Source of the DNA: an uncultured Candidatus Saccharibacteria bacterium
GTDB lineage: Bacteria > Patescibacteriota > Minisyncoccia > Phycocordibacterales > UBA9973
Assembly (NCBI GenBank): GCA_964634365.1
Contig: CAZWJU010000001.1
Coordinates: forward strand, 86,585 to 150,584
Reading direction: 5' to 3'
DNA length: 64,000 bases
Shown in pieces: positions 28,673 through 38,069 of this stretch (the stretch's first letter is position 1; each line of letters opens with the position of its first letter). A program made the translations under genes and the position numbers. Below the pieces are notes generated by a model. The model worked only from the letters and a program-made list of their open reading frames with translations. It searched no databases and was not told the DNA's origin.

Positions 28673-29752
28673 GTGTCTACTGTGAGAGAAAATAAATCTA
28701 AAAAAGTATTTGTAGGCGTTTCTGGAGGAGTGGATTCTTCAGTTGTTGCCCATATTCTAAAAAAAGACGGGTATGAAGTAACCGGTGTTTTTATTCGTAC
28801 TTGGACCCCAGACTTTATAGAGTGTACTTGGCGCGACGAGAGGCGAGATGCCATGCGGGTTTGTGCAAGCTTAGATATACCGTTTATGGAGTGTGATGCA
28901 GAGGAGGCTTACAAAAAAGGTGTTGCAGATTATATGATCGAAGAGTATAGACTGGGGCGTGTTCCAAACCCGGATGTTATGTGTAATCGAGAGGTGAAGT
29001 TCGGTGTGTTTTGGGATTTTGCGCGCTCTCACGGAGCAGATTTTATTGCTACTGGTCACTATGCACAGAACAGACTAAAAGACGGAAGCTATGAACTATT
29101 GGTAGGCAAAGATGATTCTAAAGATCAAAGCTATTTTCTATGGAAGTTAAACCAAGAAGATTTAGCACACACTCTTTTTCCAATTGGGCACTTAGACAAG
29201 ACAAAAGTAAGATCAATCGCAAAAAAAGCTGGATTGTTTACTGGAGAAAAGAAAGATTCTCAGGGAGTTTGTTTTTTGGGTCCTCTTGATATGAAAGATT
29301 TTTTGAAACACTATATAAAAACTAGCAAAGGATTTGTTTTAAATACAGACGGCGAGATTATAGGTGAACACGATGGTGCGCTATTTTTCACTCTAGGCGA
29401 AAGACATGGTTTTACTATTACAAAAAAGACAAATCAAGATACTCCATACTATGTTGTATCAAAAGATATAAATAAAAATACAATAACAGTTAGCCACGAA
29501 CCAAAATCTCTCGAAGCAGAAAAGAATATAAAAATTATAAATACAAACTGGATTAGTGTGGTGCCAGAAGAGGGTAAAATATTTTCTGCACAAGTCCGCT
29601 ACCATGGAGAATATTATCCTTGTTCGCTAATCGGTGTAAAAGACACAGGGTCCAGTGTGATTTTTGAAAATGAAAAACCTCTTGTCTCTAGTGGTCAATC
29701 TATAGTTTTGTATGATGGAGAAAAGTGTATAGGAGGTGGCGTGATTGCATAA
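28673..29752 (+). CDS. mnmA: tRNA-specific 2-thiouridylase MnmA
   Basis: PP-loop VFVGVSGGVDSSV, catalytic Cys region DVMCNREVKFG. 359 aa. GTG start. Confidence 0.9.
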   Translation: MSTVRENKSKKVFVGVSGGVDSSVVAHILKKDGYEVTGVFIRTWTPDFIECTWRDERRDAMRVCASLDIPFMECDAEEAYKKGVADYMIEEYRLGRVPNPDVMCNREVKFGVFWDFARSHGADFIATGHYAQNRLKDGSYELLVGKDDSKDQSYFLWKLNQEDLAHTLFPIGHLDKTKVRSIAKKAGLFTGEKKDSQGVCFLGPLDMKDFLKHYIKTSKGFVLNTDGEIIGEHDGALFFTLGERHGFTITKKTNQDTPYYVVSKDINKNTITVSHEPKSLEAEKNIKIINTNWISVVPEEGKIFSAQVRYHGEYYPCSLIGVKDTGSSVIFENEKPLVSSGQSIVLYDGEKCIGGGVIA

Positions 29753-29789
29753 TCCTATAAATATTGTATAGTGAGAAAAATTCTTAGCT

Positions 29790-30239
29790 ATGCAGATAGA
29801 AGATACTTTGCTATTACAGATTCTCGTGACGAGATGGCTGTTTTTATTTTTGGCTGTATTTATTGTAGGGGAGCCCGTGAAGTGGATTTTCCCAAAATTT
29901 TACGCTTGGTACAGCGACTATTGGTACCGAACAAAATACAGATTCATATCTGTTGAACTTCGTAGTTACTTGTGGTTCAGAGGATATTGGTTTGTTTTTT
30001 ACTTTTTGGTAGCAGCATACCATTGCTACATGTATTACAATCATTTCAATTCTGTGCTTATAGCATTTAGTACAGGATTGCTTGTAAGCGCCGGGATAGT
30101 AGGGCTCATAAAATACTATGGCAGAAAAAGAAACGTGTATGCGCAGAGTACGTATTCTGTAGTTACGATTGCAGTTGCGCTGTTGCTCATACATTTTCTT
30201 GAGCCGTGGCTTATAGAAAAGTTGTTGCCACTTGTATAA
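29790..30239 (+). CDS. hypothetical aromatic-rich membrane protein (149 aa)
   Basis: Three hydrophobic helices, many W/Y. Preferred over the overlapping antisense ORF because of operon orientation. Confidence 0.35.
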   Translation: MQIEDTLLLQILVTRWLFLFLAVFIVGEPVKWIFPKFYAWYSDYWYRTKYRFISVELRSYLWFRGYWFVFYFLVAAYHCYMYYNHFNSVLIAFSTGLLVSAGIVGLIKYYGRKRNVYAQSTYSVVTIAVALLLIHFLEPWLIEKLLPLV

Positions 30240-30243
30240 TTTT

Positions 30244-30275
30244 AAACCCTTCCACAGCGGAAGGGTTTTGTTTTA
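30244..30275. terminator. intrinsic terminator (AAACCCTTCCACAGCGGAAGGGTTT + T-tract)
   Basis: Hairpin plus U-run. Confidence 0.6.
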
Positions 30276-30302
30276 TTTTGGATAGGATATAATTCAATAC
30301 AT

Positions 30303-30785
30303 ATGGATCAAATATTTAGTGCAGAGAATTTATTTTTTATAGAAAGACTTGGTTTTGCGATGTTGCTAGGTATGGCGATAGGCGCAGAGCGTATCATAGC
30401 TCACAAGACTGCTGGCATGCGAACATACTCGCTTGTTGCTATGGGTTCAGCTTTGTTTGTCATAATTTCTGAGATGATAATAGAGATGCATCCAGGTCTC
30501 GACAACAACCCTGCACAAATCCCATCTCTTGTTATAAGTGGTGTGGGATTTTTAGGAACAGGTCTCATGATTTGGAAAGATTCAAAACTTTTCGGTTTGA
30601 CTACTGCTACAAGTATTTGGGTTGCGGCAGGTATTGGTATTGCTTGTGGATTTGGCTTTTTCGAACTCGCAGTATTAGCGACTATACTCACTCTATTTAT
30701 ATTCGTAGTATTGTGGTTTTTAGAAAACAGACTTCGTCACTCATCTTTGGTTCAACACAGTGACCCAGAGGATTTCAATATATAG
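30303..30785 (+). CDS. MgtC/SapB family membrane protein
   Basis: GMAIGAERIIAHKTAGMRTYSLVAMGSALFVIIS matches the MgtC N-domain signature (ER...K.AG.RT..LV..GS). Confidence 0.75.
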   Translation: MDQIFSAENLFFIERLGFAMLLGMAIGAERIIAHKTAGMRTYSLVAMGSALFVIISEMIIEMHPGLDNNPAQIPSLVISGVGFLGTGLMIWKDSKLFGLTTATSIWVAAGIGIACGFGFFELAVLATILTLFIFVVLWFLENRLRHSSLVQHSDPEDFNI

Positions 30786-30796
30786 ATTTATAAAAT

Positions 30797-30828
30797 AAAA
30801 AAGCCGCTCTGTAGCGGCTTTTTTATTT
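30797..30828. terminator. intrinsic terminator (AAAAAGCCGCTCTGTAGCGGCTTTTTT)
   Basis: Perfect GC stem plus T-tract. Confidence 0.65.
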
Positions 30829-30854
30829 ATGAAAAATAAGCTATATTTTAGATT

Positions 30855-32597
30855 ATGAAATCAGACGAAATCCGCAAACGATTCCTAGCTTTTTTTGAGA
30901 AGCGAGGACACTCTATAGTACCTTCATCACCACTAGTTCCACAGAACGACCCATCTGTGCTTTTTAACACTGCTGGCATGCAACCACTTGTTCCATACTT
31001 GATGGGGCAAAAACACCCGCTCGGTTCTCGTATTGCCGATATTCAGAAATGCGTTAGAACCGGAGACTTGGAAGACATAGGAGACAATCGACACTTTTCA
31101 TTTTTTGAAATGATGGGGAACTGGTCTCTCGGAGACTATTTTAAAGAAGACGCAATAAAGTGGAGTTACGAATTTCTAACTTCTAAAGAGGAAGGCTTAG
31201 GCCTAGATTCAAAATTACTTTATGTAACTATTTTTGAAGGTGATGAAAATGCGCCACTCGATGAAGAATCTAAAAATATATGGATGAGTCTCGGCATACC
31301 AGAAAATAGAATCTATGCACTTCCAGCAGACGATAACTGGTGGAGTCCTGGTGACAACGGCCCTTGTGGTCCATGTAGTGAAATGTTCTACGATATGACA
31401 GGAGGTAGTGTCGGTGATTTGTCACATGAAGATTTTATAAATTCAGTTAGAGACGAGCGCGTGATTGAGATCTGGAACGATGTTTTCATGGAATATGAAA
31501 AGAAAGATGGAAAAGTTGTAGGAAAACTTGCTCAGAAAAACGTAGACACTGGCGCTGGGCTAGAGCGCATGACCGCTGTTATGCAAGGTAAAAATACTGC
31601 TTATGACACAGACATGTTTGATGGCATTATGGTTCATGCAAAAACTCTGTCGCAAGATGTTTCTTCACAGAGAGTTATTGCTGATCACATGAGAACAGCG
31701 GTATTTATGATTGCTGACGGAGTTCTGCCTTCAAATACAAAACAAGGTTATGTTCTAAGAAGACTTCTTAGAAGAGCAGTTCTAAAATCTGACAACAAGG
31801 AAATAGAAAGCGGCAAGATTTCTGTTCTTGTAGATTCTGTTGCGGATTTTTACGAACAATTTTATCCAGAAATAAAACAAAAGATTGGAATAATAAAAGT
31901 AGAGATTGAAAAAGAAGTTTCAAAGTTCAAAGAGACATTGCAGTCTGGGTTGAAAGAGTTTGAAAAAGGAACTGATCCGTTTATTCTCGCTACAACTTAT
32001 GGTTTTCCTATTGAGTTAACAGAAGAGTTGGCAAAAGAAAAGGGAATCGAGATCGATATGGTCGATTTCAACAACAAGATGTCCGAACATCAGAAGCTCT
32101 CTCAGACTTCTTCCGCAGGTATGTTCAAAGGAGGTCTCGCAAATCACAACGAACAAACTATAAAACTTCACACTGCTCACCATCTTCTCCTCGCAGCACT
32201 TCAGCAGGTACTAGGCAAGGAAGTAAAACAGCGGGGAAGTAACATCACCGAGGAGAGGCTTCGTATGGACTTCGCCTTTGATCGCAAGATGACCGACGAA
32301 GAGAAAGCGAGAGTTGAAGAAATCGTGAACACATATATTTCACGTGGACTCAACGTTGTTCGTCGCGAGATGCCACTTGCTGAAGCAGAAAAGATCGGCG
32401 CGGAGATGGAATTCGGTGCAAAATATCCTGAAACTGTTTCTGTTTACTTCGTAGAAGATGAAAACGGCAACGCTATATCAAAAGAGTTCTGTGGCGGTCC
32501 TCACGTAGAAAATACTTCCGTTCTCGGAACATTCAAGATTCAAAAAGAAGAAGCTTCTTCACAGGGTGTGCGACGCATCAAAGCAGTGTTGAATTAA
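30855..32597 (+). CDS. alaS: alanyl-tRNA synthetase, short form (catalytic plus editing domains, no C-Ala domain)
   Basis: N-terminal RFLAFFEKRGHSIVPSSPLVP...FNTAGM, editing-site HTAHHLL and CGGPHV motifs. Only 580 aa versus about 870 aa in typical bacteria. Confidence 0.85.
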   Translation: MKSDEIRKRFLAFFEKRGHSIVPSSPLVPQNDPSVLFNTAGMQPLVPYLMGQKHPLGSRIADIQKCVRTGDLEDIGDNRHFSFFEMMGNWSLGDYFKEDAIKWSYEFLTSKEEGLGLDSKLLYVTIFEGDENAPLDEESKNIWMSLGIPENRIYALPADDNWWSPGDNGPCGPCSEMFYDMTGGSVGDLSHEDFINSVRDERVIEIWNDVFMEYEKKDGKVVGKLAQKNVDTGAGLERMTAVMQGKNTAYDTDMFDGIMVHAKTLSQDVSSQRVIADHMRTAVFMIADGVLPSNTKQGYVLRRLLRRAVLKSDNKEIESGKISVLVDSVADFYEQFYPEIKQKIGIIKVEIEKEVSKFKETLQSGLKEFEKGTDPFILATTYGFPIELTEELAKEKGIEIDMVDFNNKMSEHQKLSQTSSAGMFKGGLANHNEQTIKLHTAHHLLLAALQQVLGKEVKQRGSNITEERLRMDFAFDRKMTDEEKARVEEIVNTYISRGLNVVRREMPLAEAEKIGAEMEFGAKYPETVSVYFVEDENGNAISKEFCGGPHVENTSVLGTFKIQKEEASSQGVRRIKAVLN

Positions 32598-32601
32598 AAA
32601 T

Positions 32602-32961
32602 ATGATTCTACAAATTTTTCATATTAGAAAAACTATTCGTGACATAAAAGACGCAAGTGAAAATCCTGCTAGTTTTGCAGTAGGGCAAGGCAAGGAGCTT
32701 TTTCTAGGTGCAGTATTACCACTACTCTTGCCTGTAGTTGTACTAACTATTGTTTTAGCTGTGTTTGCATTTAGTTCGCTACTTGGTGGTCCATTTTTAC
32801 TTGCGAAGATACTTTTCTGGATAGTTGTATTTCCAGCTTTCGTATCTGTTTTAGTGATAAGAAAGCTGTACTTGATTCTTTTTTCTAGAAAAAATATACC
32901 AACAAAAAATACAGACAAAGTCGTAGCTACTTACGATAGTGAAGGGAAGAGAATAGACTAA
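32602..32961 (+). CDS. small membrane protein (119 aa)
   Basis: Two long hydrophobic helices. Co-directional with alaS, 4-nt gap. Confidence 0.4.
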   Translation: MILQIFHIRKTIRDIKDASENPASFAVGQGKELFLGAVLPLLLPVVVLTIVLAVFAFSSLLGGPFLLAKILFWIVVFPAFVSVLVIRKLYLILFSRKNIPTKNTDKVVATYDSEGKRID

Positions 32962-33018
32962 ATTTGCTTAAATTGTAAAAGTGTTGTATAGTTTTGGTAA
33001 ACCAAAACGCACAAACTT

Positions 33019-33459
33019 ATGCTTAAATTCAATATCGAAGAGATCGAAAATTTTAGTCCCAGAATGGTAGCCGTGGGAACTTTTTTATTAGTGGAAGATA
33101 AAATCCTTCTACTTCAAAGAGCTTTTCACAAACCTCAAGGTGGTACATGGGGTCAGCCTGCTGGTAAGGTTGAGTCAGGAGAATCTTCAAGATGTACAGC
33201 TCGTCGTGAATTACAAGAAGAGACAGGCTTGTCAGTTTGGGAAGAGGTTTTTGAACCGATAAGTACTGCCTATGTACGATACGACGATTATGATTTTGTG
33301 TATGAGACTTTTATTTTGAGACTACCTGATTTTCCAAGAGTGCAGATTGATCCAAAGTCACATATTGGATTTATGTGGACGACTCCACAAATGGCGCTCT
33401 CCATGAATCTGATTCAGGATATGGATGAGGTCATCAAACACACCTTCAATCTGTCCTAA
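33019..33459 (+). CDS. Nudix hydrolase
   Basis: Nudix box GKVESGESSRCTARRELQEETGL (Gx5Ex7REUxEExGU). Confidence 0.8.
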   Translation: MLKFNIEEIENFSPRMVAVGTFLLVEDKILLLQRAFHKPQGGTWGQPAGKVESGESSRCTARRELQEETGLSVWEEVFEPISTAYVRYDDYDFVYETFILRLPDFPRVQIDPKSHIGFMWTTPQMALSMNLIQDMDEVIKHTFNLS

Positions 33460-33465
33460 ACTTAT

Positions 33466-33496
33466 AAAGAGCCTAAAAGGCTCTTTTATTTTTTTA
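33466..33496. terminator. intrinsic terminator (AAAGAGCCTAAAAGGCTCTTT + T-tract)
   Basis: Hairpin plus U-run. Confidence 0.6.
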
Positions 33497-33515
33497 ATTT
33501 TGATATACTAGATGT

Positions 33516-34697
33516 ATGAATTTTTTTAGTAGAAAAAATCACGAAGATCTTGCGCTTGTGCTCGACATAGGTTCAGCATCTGTTGGAGGTGCTTTGGTAA
33601 AATTTTCGAAAGATAAAAAAAATACAAAACCTACTATTGTATACAGTACTCGCACAGATTTAGTTTTCGAAGAAGACTTAAATTTTGAAAGTTTTCTAGC
33701 GAAGATGTTACTCGCTCTCGCCGATGTTGTGAAGAAAGTTCACGACGCTAGAATCGGTGCTCCAAAATTTGCCTATTGTACACTCGCATCGCCTTGGTAT
33801 GCATCTCAGACTAGAGTTATAAAGCTATCGAAAAATACTCCTTTTGTTTTTTCACACAAGCTCGCCGATGAGCTAATAGACAAAGAGCGCAAGACTTTTG
33901 AGAACGAACATGCTGGAAAGTATCGCGAACTTGGTGAAAATGTTCGCATACTAGAGGCGAAGACTATCCGTGTGTCTCTAAATGGATACAGGGTAAAGGA
34001 GCCGATTGGTGTAAAGGCAAACGAGCTAGATATGACTCTTTATCTATCTATGTCACCAGAAGCGATCCTAGTTTCCATAGAAGAAGTGATAGAGAAAGTT
34101 TTCAGATTGAAAAAAATATCATATTCATCTTTTGCCTTTGCTTCGTTCATATCTACAAGAGATCTTTTTGTACATGAAGATAACTTTATTCTTTTGGATA
34201 TTGGCGGGGAGCTTACTGATATATCAATCATAAAAGATGGTATGTTAGTAGAAAGCGTTTCTTTTCCTTATGGTAAAAACTTTTTACTAAGAAAAATCAG
34301 TCGCGCTCTCAAGAAAAGCGGAGGCGAGGCTCTGTCTTTATATCGTATATATTCAGATCTAAAGTTAGAGAAAAATTTGGCAGATAAATTTTCAGAAGTA
34401 TTGAAAGAGGCTCAGTCCGAGTGGTTAAGCAATTTTAGTAACGCACTGGCTGGTATTTCTGTTGATCTAGGTATACCTGATACAGTATTTCTTACTGCAG
34501 ACAAGGATACTTCTAGTTGGTTTATTGCAACACTAGAAAGTGAGGAGTTCCACAAATACACTACGACCGAACATCAGTTCAGAGTTATATCTCTCGGCTC
34601 TGTTGCGACAAGTGACTATCTTAATTTTTCTGGTTCAGTTATTAGAGATCCGTTTATTATGTTAGAAACTATTTTTATTACTAGAATTCGAGTATAA
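33516..34697 (+). CDS. actin-fold ATPase-like protein (PilM/FtsA-like)
   Basis: Phosphate-1-like ALVLDIGSASVGGAL and phosphate-2-like ILLDIGGELTDISII, spaced as in the PilM/FtsA family. Confidence 0.5.
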   Translation: MNFFSRKNHEDLALVLDIGSASVGGALVKFSKDKKNTKPTIVYSTRTDLVFEEDLNFESFLAKMLLALADVVKKVHDARIGAPKFAYCTLASPWYASQTRVIKLSKNTPFVFSHKLADELIDKERKTFENEHAGKYRELGENVRILEAKTIRVSLNGYRVKEPIGVKANELDMTLYLSMSPEAILVSIEEVIEKVFRLKKISYSSFAFASFISTRDLFVHEDNFILLDIGGELTDISIIKDGMLVESVSFPYGKNFLLRKISRALKKSGGEALSLYRIYSDLKLEKNLADKFSEVLKEAQSEWLSNFSNALAGISVDLGIPDTVFLTADKDTSSWFIATLESEEFHKYTTTEHQFRVISLGSVATSDYLNFSGSVIRDPFIMLETIFITRIRV

Positions 34698-34704
34698 TAT
34701 ATTT

Positions 34705-36063
34705 ATGGCAAAAAATGTTGTAGAAGATATCATAAAAACACCAAAGCGTGAACCTTCTGTATTTTTTTCTGAGCTTGCAAAAGCTACTAACAAAACTCTC
34801 TCCAATCAAGAGATAAAACCAAAAGCTCCAAAAAGTACTGCAAAAAGTACTCCGGCAAGACAGGCTCCGCCAGCAAGACCACCTAAAAATTCTGTGAACC
34901 CTGTTTTCGTGGAGAGAAAATATCACAGACATGCTCGCATATGGATTTTTGCAGCTCTATCACTATGTGTTTTGTTCTTTGCACTGTCTTTTCTGTTTTC
35001 AGGCGCAAGTGTGACTGTATCACCAAAGACTGTGTCTATTGATCTAGCTACAGATTTTTTTGCAGAGAAAGATGCTGTACTGCCTAGTCTACCTTTTCAG
35101 CTAATGGCCATAAATGCTACAGAAAAAGTTTCTTCACCTTCTACTGGATCTAAAGTTGCTAGTACTAAAGCTACAGGTACAGTGGTATTGTTCAACGAAT
35201 ACAGTACTACTCCACAAAACTTGTTGATAAACACTCGTCTCGAAGCTCCAAATGGAAAAATCTATTACACCGACAAAGCAGTTACAATACCAGGATATAA
35301 AAAATCTGGTACTAGTATCACACCAGGTTCAGTCGATGTAAAAGTTACAGCAGCCGAAGCGGGGGAAGACTACAACAGTCCGCTTACAGATTTCACCATA
35401 TTAGGTTTTAAGACCAACGCCGATAAATACGCAAAGATGTATGGACGCAGTAGAACAGAGATATCTGGTGGTGCAACTGGAAACATGTACACAATCAGTG
35501 CCGAAGAAGCTAGTGCTTCATATGAAAAAGCTCGCGAGACTCTAAACCAGACTCTTATGACTCAGGCGCGCACAGAACTCCCAGAAGGTTTTGTCCTTTT
35601 CGACAATGCGCTATTTATATCAATAGACGAAAGTAGTCCAGTAACAGATTCAAAGGAGACAGAAGTCACACAGACAGCTACTGGTACAGCCCAAGCGTTT
35701 ATATTCAAGCGATCTGATCTGCACGAAGTAATTGCTCGTAAATTTATTCAAGATTATGATGGCGCGCCTGTACATATACCAGAGTTAGACAATTTAGTTT
35801 TTGAACTCAAAAACAAAGATTCTATAGTACCTGCTACAGTAGAGGATATAACCATCAGTCTTGCCGGAAGTGCGAACATCATATGGGATGTAAACAAAGA
35901 AGATATAATCTCTTCTCTAGTAGACAAGCGCAAGAAAGATTTTCAGTCTATTATGTCTTTGAATCCAAACATACAGAGCGCTGAAGTTATAATAAAACCA
36001 TTTTGGGAGAGAAAATTCCCAAGTAAAACAGAGTCGATAGAAGTTATAGTAAACGAAGCTTAG
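34705..36063 (+). CDS. single-pass membrane protein with large extracytoplasmic domain; possible partner of the upstream PilM-like protein
   Basis: Lys/Pro-rich cytoplasmic N-terminus, one TM (IFAALSLCVLFFALSFLF), then ~340 aa Ser/Thr-rich. 8-nt gap to the upstream gene. Confidence 0.45.
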   Translation: MAKNVVEDIIKTPKREPSVFFSELAKATNKTLSNQEIKPKAPKSTAKSTPARQAPPARPPKNSVNPVFVERKYHRHARIWIFAALSLCVLFFALSFLFSGASVTVSPKTVSIDLATDFFAEKDAVLPSLPFQLMAINATEKVSSPSTGSKVASTKATGTVVLFNEYSTTPQNLLINTRLEAPNGKIYYTDKAVTIPGYKKSGTSITPGSVDVKVTAAEAGEDYNSPLTDFTILGFKTNADKYAKMYGRSRTEISGGATGNMYTISAEEASASYEKARETLNQTLMTQARTELPEGFVLFDNALFISIDESSPVTDSKETEVTQTATGTAQAFIFKRSDLHEVIARKFIQDYDGAPVHIPELDNLVFELKNKDSIVPATVEDITISLAGSANIIWDVNKEDIISSLVDKRKKDFQSIMSLNPNIQSAEVIIKPFWERKFPSKTESIEVIVNEA

Positions 36064-36123
36064 TTTATATAGTTATAAATTTGACTAATAAGCTTTAATT
36101 TGCTATTGTTATCTAGCTAACGC

Positions 36124-36336
36124 ATGAGTGATAAAAAAGAAATTTCACGAATTGCTTCTGTTGAAGAAGCATTACCAAGTACTCTTTTCAGAGTTGCTTT
36201 TGAGGATGGTGAGACCATCCTTGCTTACTTGTCCGGTAAAATGCGCATGCATCGTATAAAGGTTATGATTGGCGACAGAGTAGAAGTTGTTATAGACCCA
36301 TACGGTGGAAAAGGACGTATTGTCAAAAGACTTTAA
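36124..36336 (+). CDS. infA: translation initiation factor IF-1
   Basis: 70-aa S1-like OB-fold protein, ...KMRMHRIKVMIGDRVEVVIDPYGGKGRIVKRL. Confidence 0.9.
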   Translation: MSDKKEISRIASVEEALPSTLFRVAFEDGETILAYLSGKMRMHRIKVMIGDRVEVVIDPYGGKGRIVKRL

Positions 36337-36423
36337 ATAGAGTATTATATACAGGCATTTTAACAAATAACCCAAAAATGCTTGTAAACAAAGGGTTTTA
36401 TACCCTTCATTTTCCATTATTTC

Positions 36424-36534
36424 ATGAAAATTAGAGCAAGAGTAAAAAAGATGTGTGCAAAATGCAAACTTGTTAAACGCAAGGGTCATCTTCGCGTTAT
36501 TTGTGATAATCCAAAACATAAACAAAAACAATAA
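36424..36534 (+). CDS. rpmJ: 50S ribosomal protein L36
   Basis: Absent from the ORF track (below size cutoff). Translates to [36 protein letters not shown], the L36 zinc-ribbon CxxC...C...H signature. Sits between infA and rpsM as in most bacteria. Confidence 0.85.
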   Translation: MKIRARVKKMCAKCKLVKRKGHLRVICDNPKHKQKQ

Positions 36535-36540
36535 AATCAA

Positions 36541-36921
36541 ATGAGAATACTAGGTATAACAATTCCAAATGAAAAGCGCATTGAGATAGGTCTTACTTCT
36601 CTTTACGGTATAGGTCTAACAAGATCAAGAAAAGTTCTTGATGAAGTTAAGGTCCCTTACAATAAAAAGGCAAGTGAGCTTACTCCAGATGAAGAAAACC
36701 AGATCCGTAAGCTTATCGAAGATTACAAAATCGAAGGAAACCTAAAGCGCGAAATCGCATCAAACATAAAACGTTTGAAAGATATCAAAGCTTACCGAGG
36801 AATCCGCCACATGCACAAGCTGCCAGTACGAGGACAGAGAACAAAAACAAACTCTAGAACTGTACGAGGAAACGTTCGAAAGACAATGGCAAGTGGACGC
36901 CGAAAACTTGAAAAGACTTAA
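36541..36921 (+). CDS. rpsM: 30S ribosomal protein S13
   Basis: MRILGITIPNEKRIEIGLTSLYGIGLTRSRKVL is canonical uS13. Confidence 0.95.
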   Translation: MRILGITIPNEKRIEIGLTSLYGIGLTRSRKVLDEVKVPYNKKASELTPDEENQIRKLIEDYKIEGNLKREIASNIKRLKDIKAYRGIRHMHKLPVRGQRTKTNSRTVRGNVRKTMASGRRKLEKT

Positions 36922-36960
36922 AATTTGAATTTTATTTAATTTACTAAATTTATAAAAACC

Positions 36961-37404
36961 GTGGGTAAAAAGAAAATTACAACAAAAGACGATGCACAAG
37001 AAGTAGAAGCTACAGAAAAAGCTCCTGTTTCTGCGCAACCAAAGACTCCAAAGAAGAAGATCACTGCTGCAACAATGCACGTAGATGCTACTTTCAACAA
37101 CACAAAGATAGTTATATCTGACAAAGCTGGAAATACACTTTTCTGGTCTTCAGCAGGAGCTATGGGATTCAAAGGTGCAAAGAAAGGTACTCCTTTTGCT
37201 GCGTCAAAGGTAGGTGAAGTATTGGCTGACAAAGCTAGCGCACTAGGTATCAAAGAATTTGATGTAATTATCAGAGGAGTTGGGTCAGGTCGTGAGAGTG
37301 CTATCCGCACATTTATGGCAAGAGGCTTTGACCTTACAGGTATTCGCGATATGACTCCTGTCCCACACAACGGTCCAAAACCTAAAAAACCACGAAGAGT
37401 TTAA
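36961..37404 (+). CDS. rpsK: 30S ribosomal protein S11
   Basis: NNTKIVISDKAGNTLFWSSAGAMGFKGAKKGTPFAA...IIRGVGSGRESAIR is canonical uS11. Short Lys-rich N-terminal extension. Confidence 0.95.
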   Translation: MGKKKITTKDDAQEVEATEKAPVSAQPKTPKKKITAATMHVDATFNNTKIVISDKAGNTLFWSSAGAMGFKGAKKGTPFAASKVGEVLADKASALGIKEFDVIIRGVGSGRESAIRTFMARGFDLTGIRDMTPVPHNGPKPKKPRRV

Positions 37405-37433
37405 TTTTTAATAGTATTTAAAACGATTGAGTT

Positions 37434-38036
37434 ATGATTACAGGTCCAAAATATAAAATGTGTCGAAGATTGGGTTCAGGTGTTTTTGAAAAATGCCAAA
37501 CTCAAAAATACACTCTCTCTGAGGGTCGTAAGTCTGCGTCTGGAAAAAGACCAAAGCAACTTTCTGGATACGGAGAACAACTTCTAGAAAAGCAACGCAT
37601 TCGCTTCAGTTATGGAGTTAGTGAAAAGCAATTCAAAAACTACGTTAAAAGCGCTAGTTCTATTAAAGGTGCAAATGCTTCAGAAAAACTATACGAAGCT
37701 TTAGAAGCTCGCCTAGACAACATAGCTTACAGACTTGGACTTGCTCACACACGAAATCTTTCACGTCAGATGGTTTCTCATGGTCATATTTTGGTAAACG
37801 GCAAGAGAACAACAGTGCCTTCATTTAAAGTTAAAATTGGAGATGTTATTACAATACGCGAAGGGTCGAAGAAAAGCGTTTTGTTTGCAGATTTAGAGAA
37901 AAAGCAAAAGAATTATTCTATGCCAAATTGGTTGTCTTTTGACACAGCTCGCATGGAAGGTAAGGTTATCGGTGTTCCAAAAAACGCAGATGCGTTCCTC
38001 AATTTTAATGCAGTGCTTGAGTTTTATAGTCGCTAG
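37434..38036 (+). CDS. rpsD: 30S ribosomal protein S4
   Basis: [10 protein letters not shown] start. S4 domain [37 protein letters not shown]. Confidence 0.95.
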   Translation: [200 protein letters not shown]

Positions 38037-38069
38037 TCATTATTAGTTTAACTAATCGATATAATATAT

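Noticed and set aside
29771-29956. 61-aa ORF overlapping the start of the 29790-30239 membrane-protein ORF
   Set aside because: Alternative frame of the same region. The longer TM-containing ORF is preferred.
36172-37370. Minus-strand ORFs (122, 106, 144 aa) across infA-rpmJ-rpsM-rpsK
   Set aside because: Antisense to universally conserved ribosomal-protein genes.
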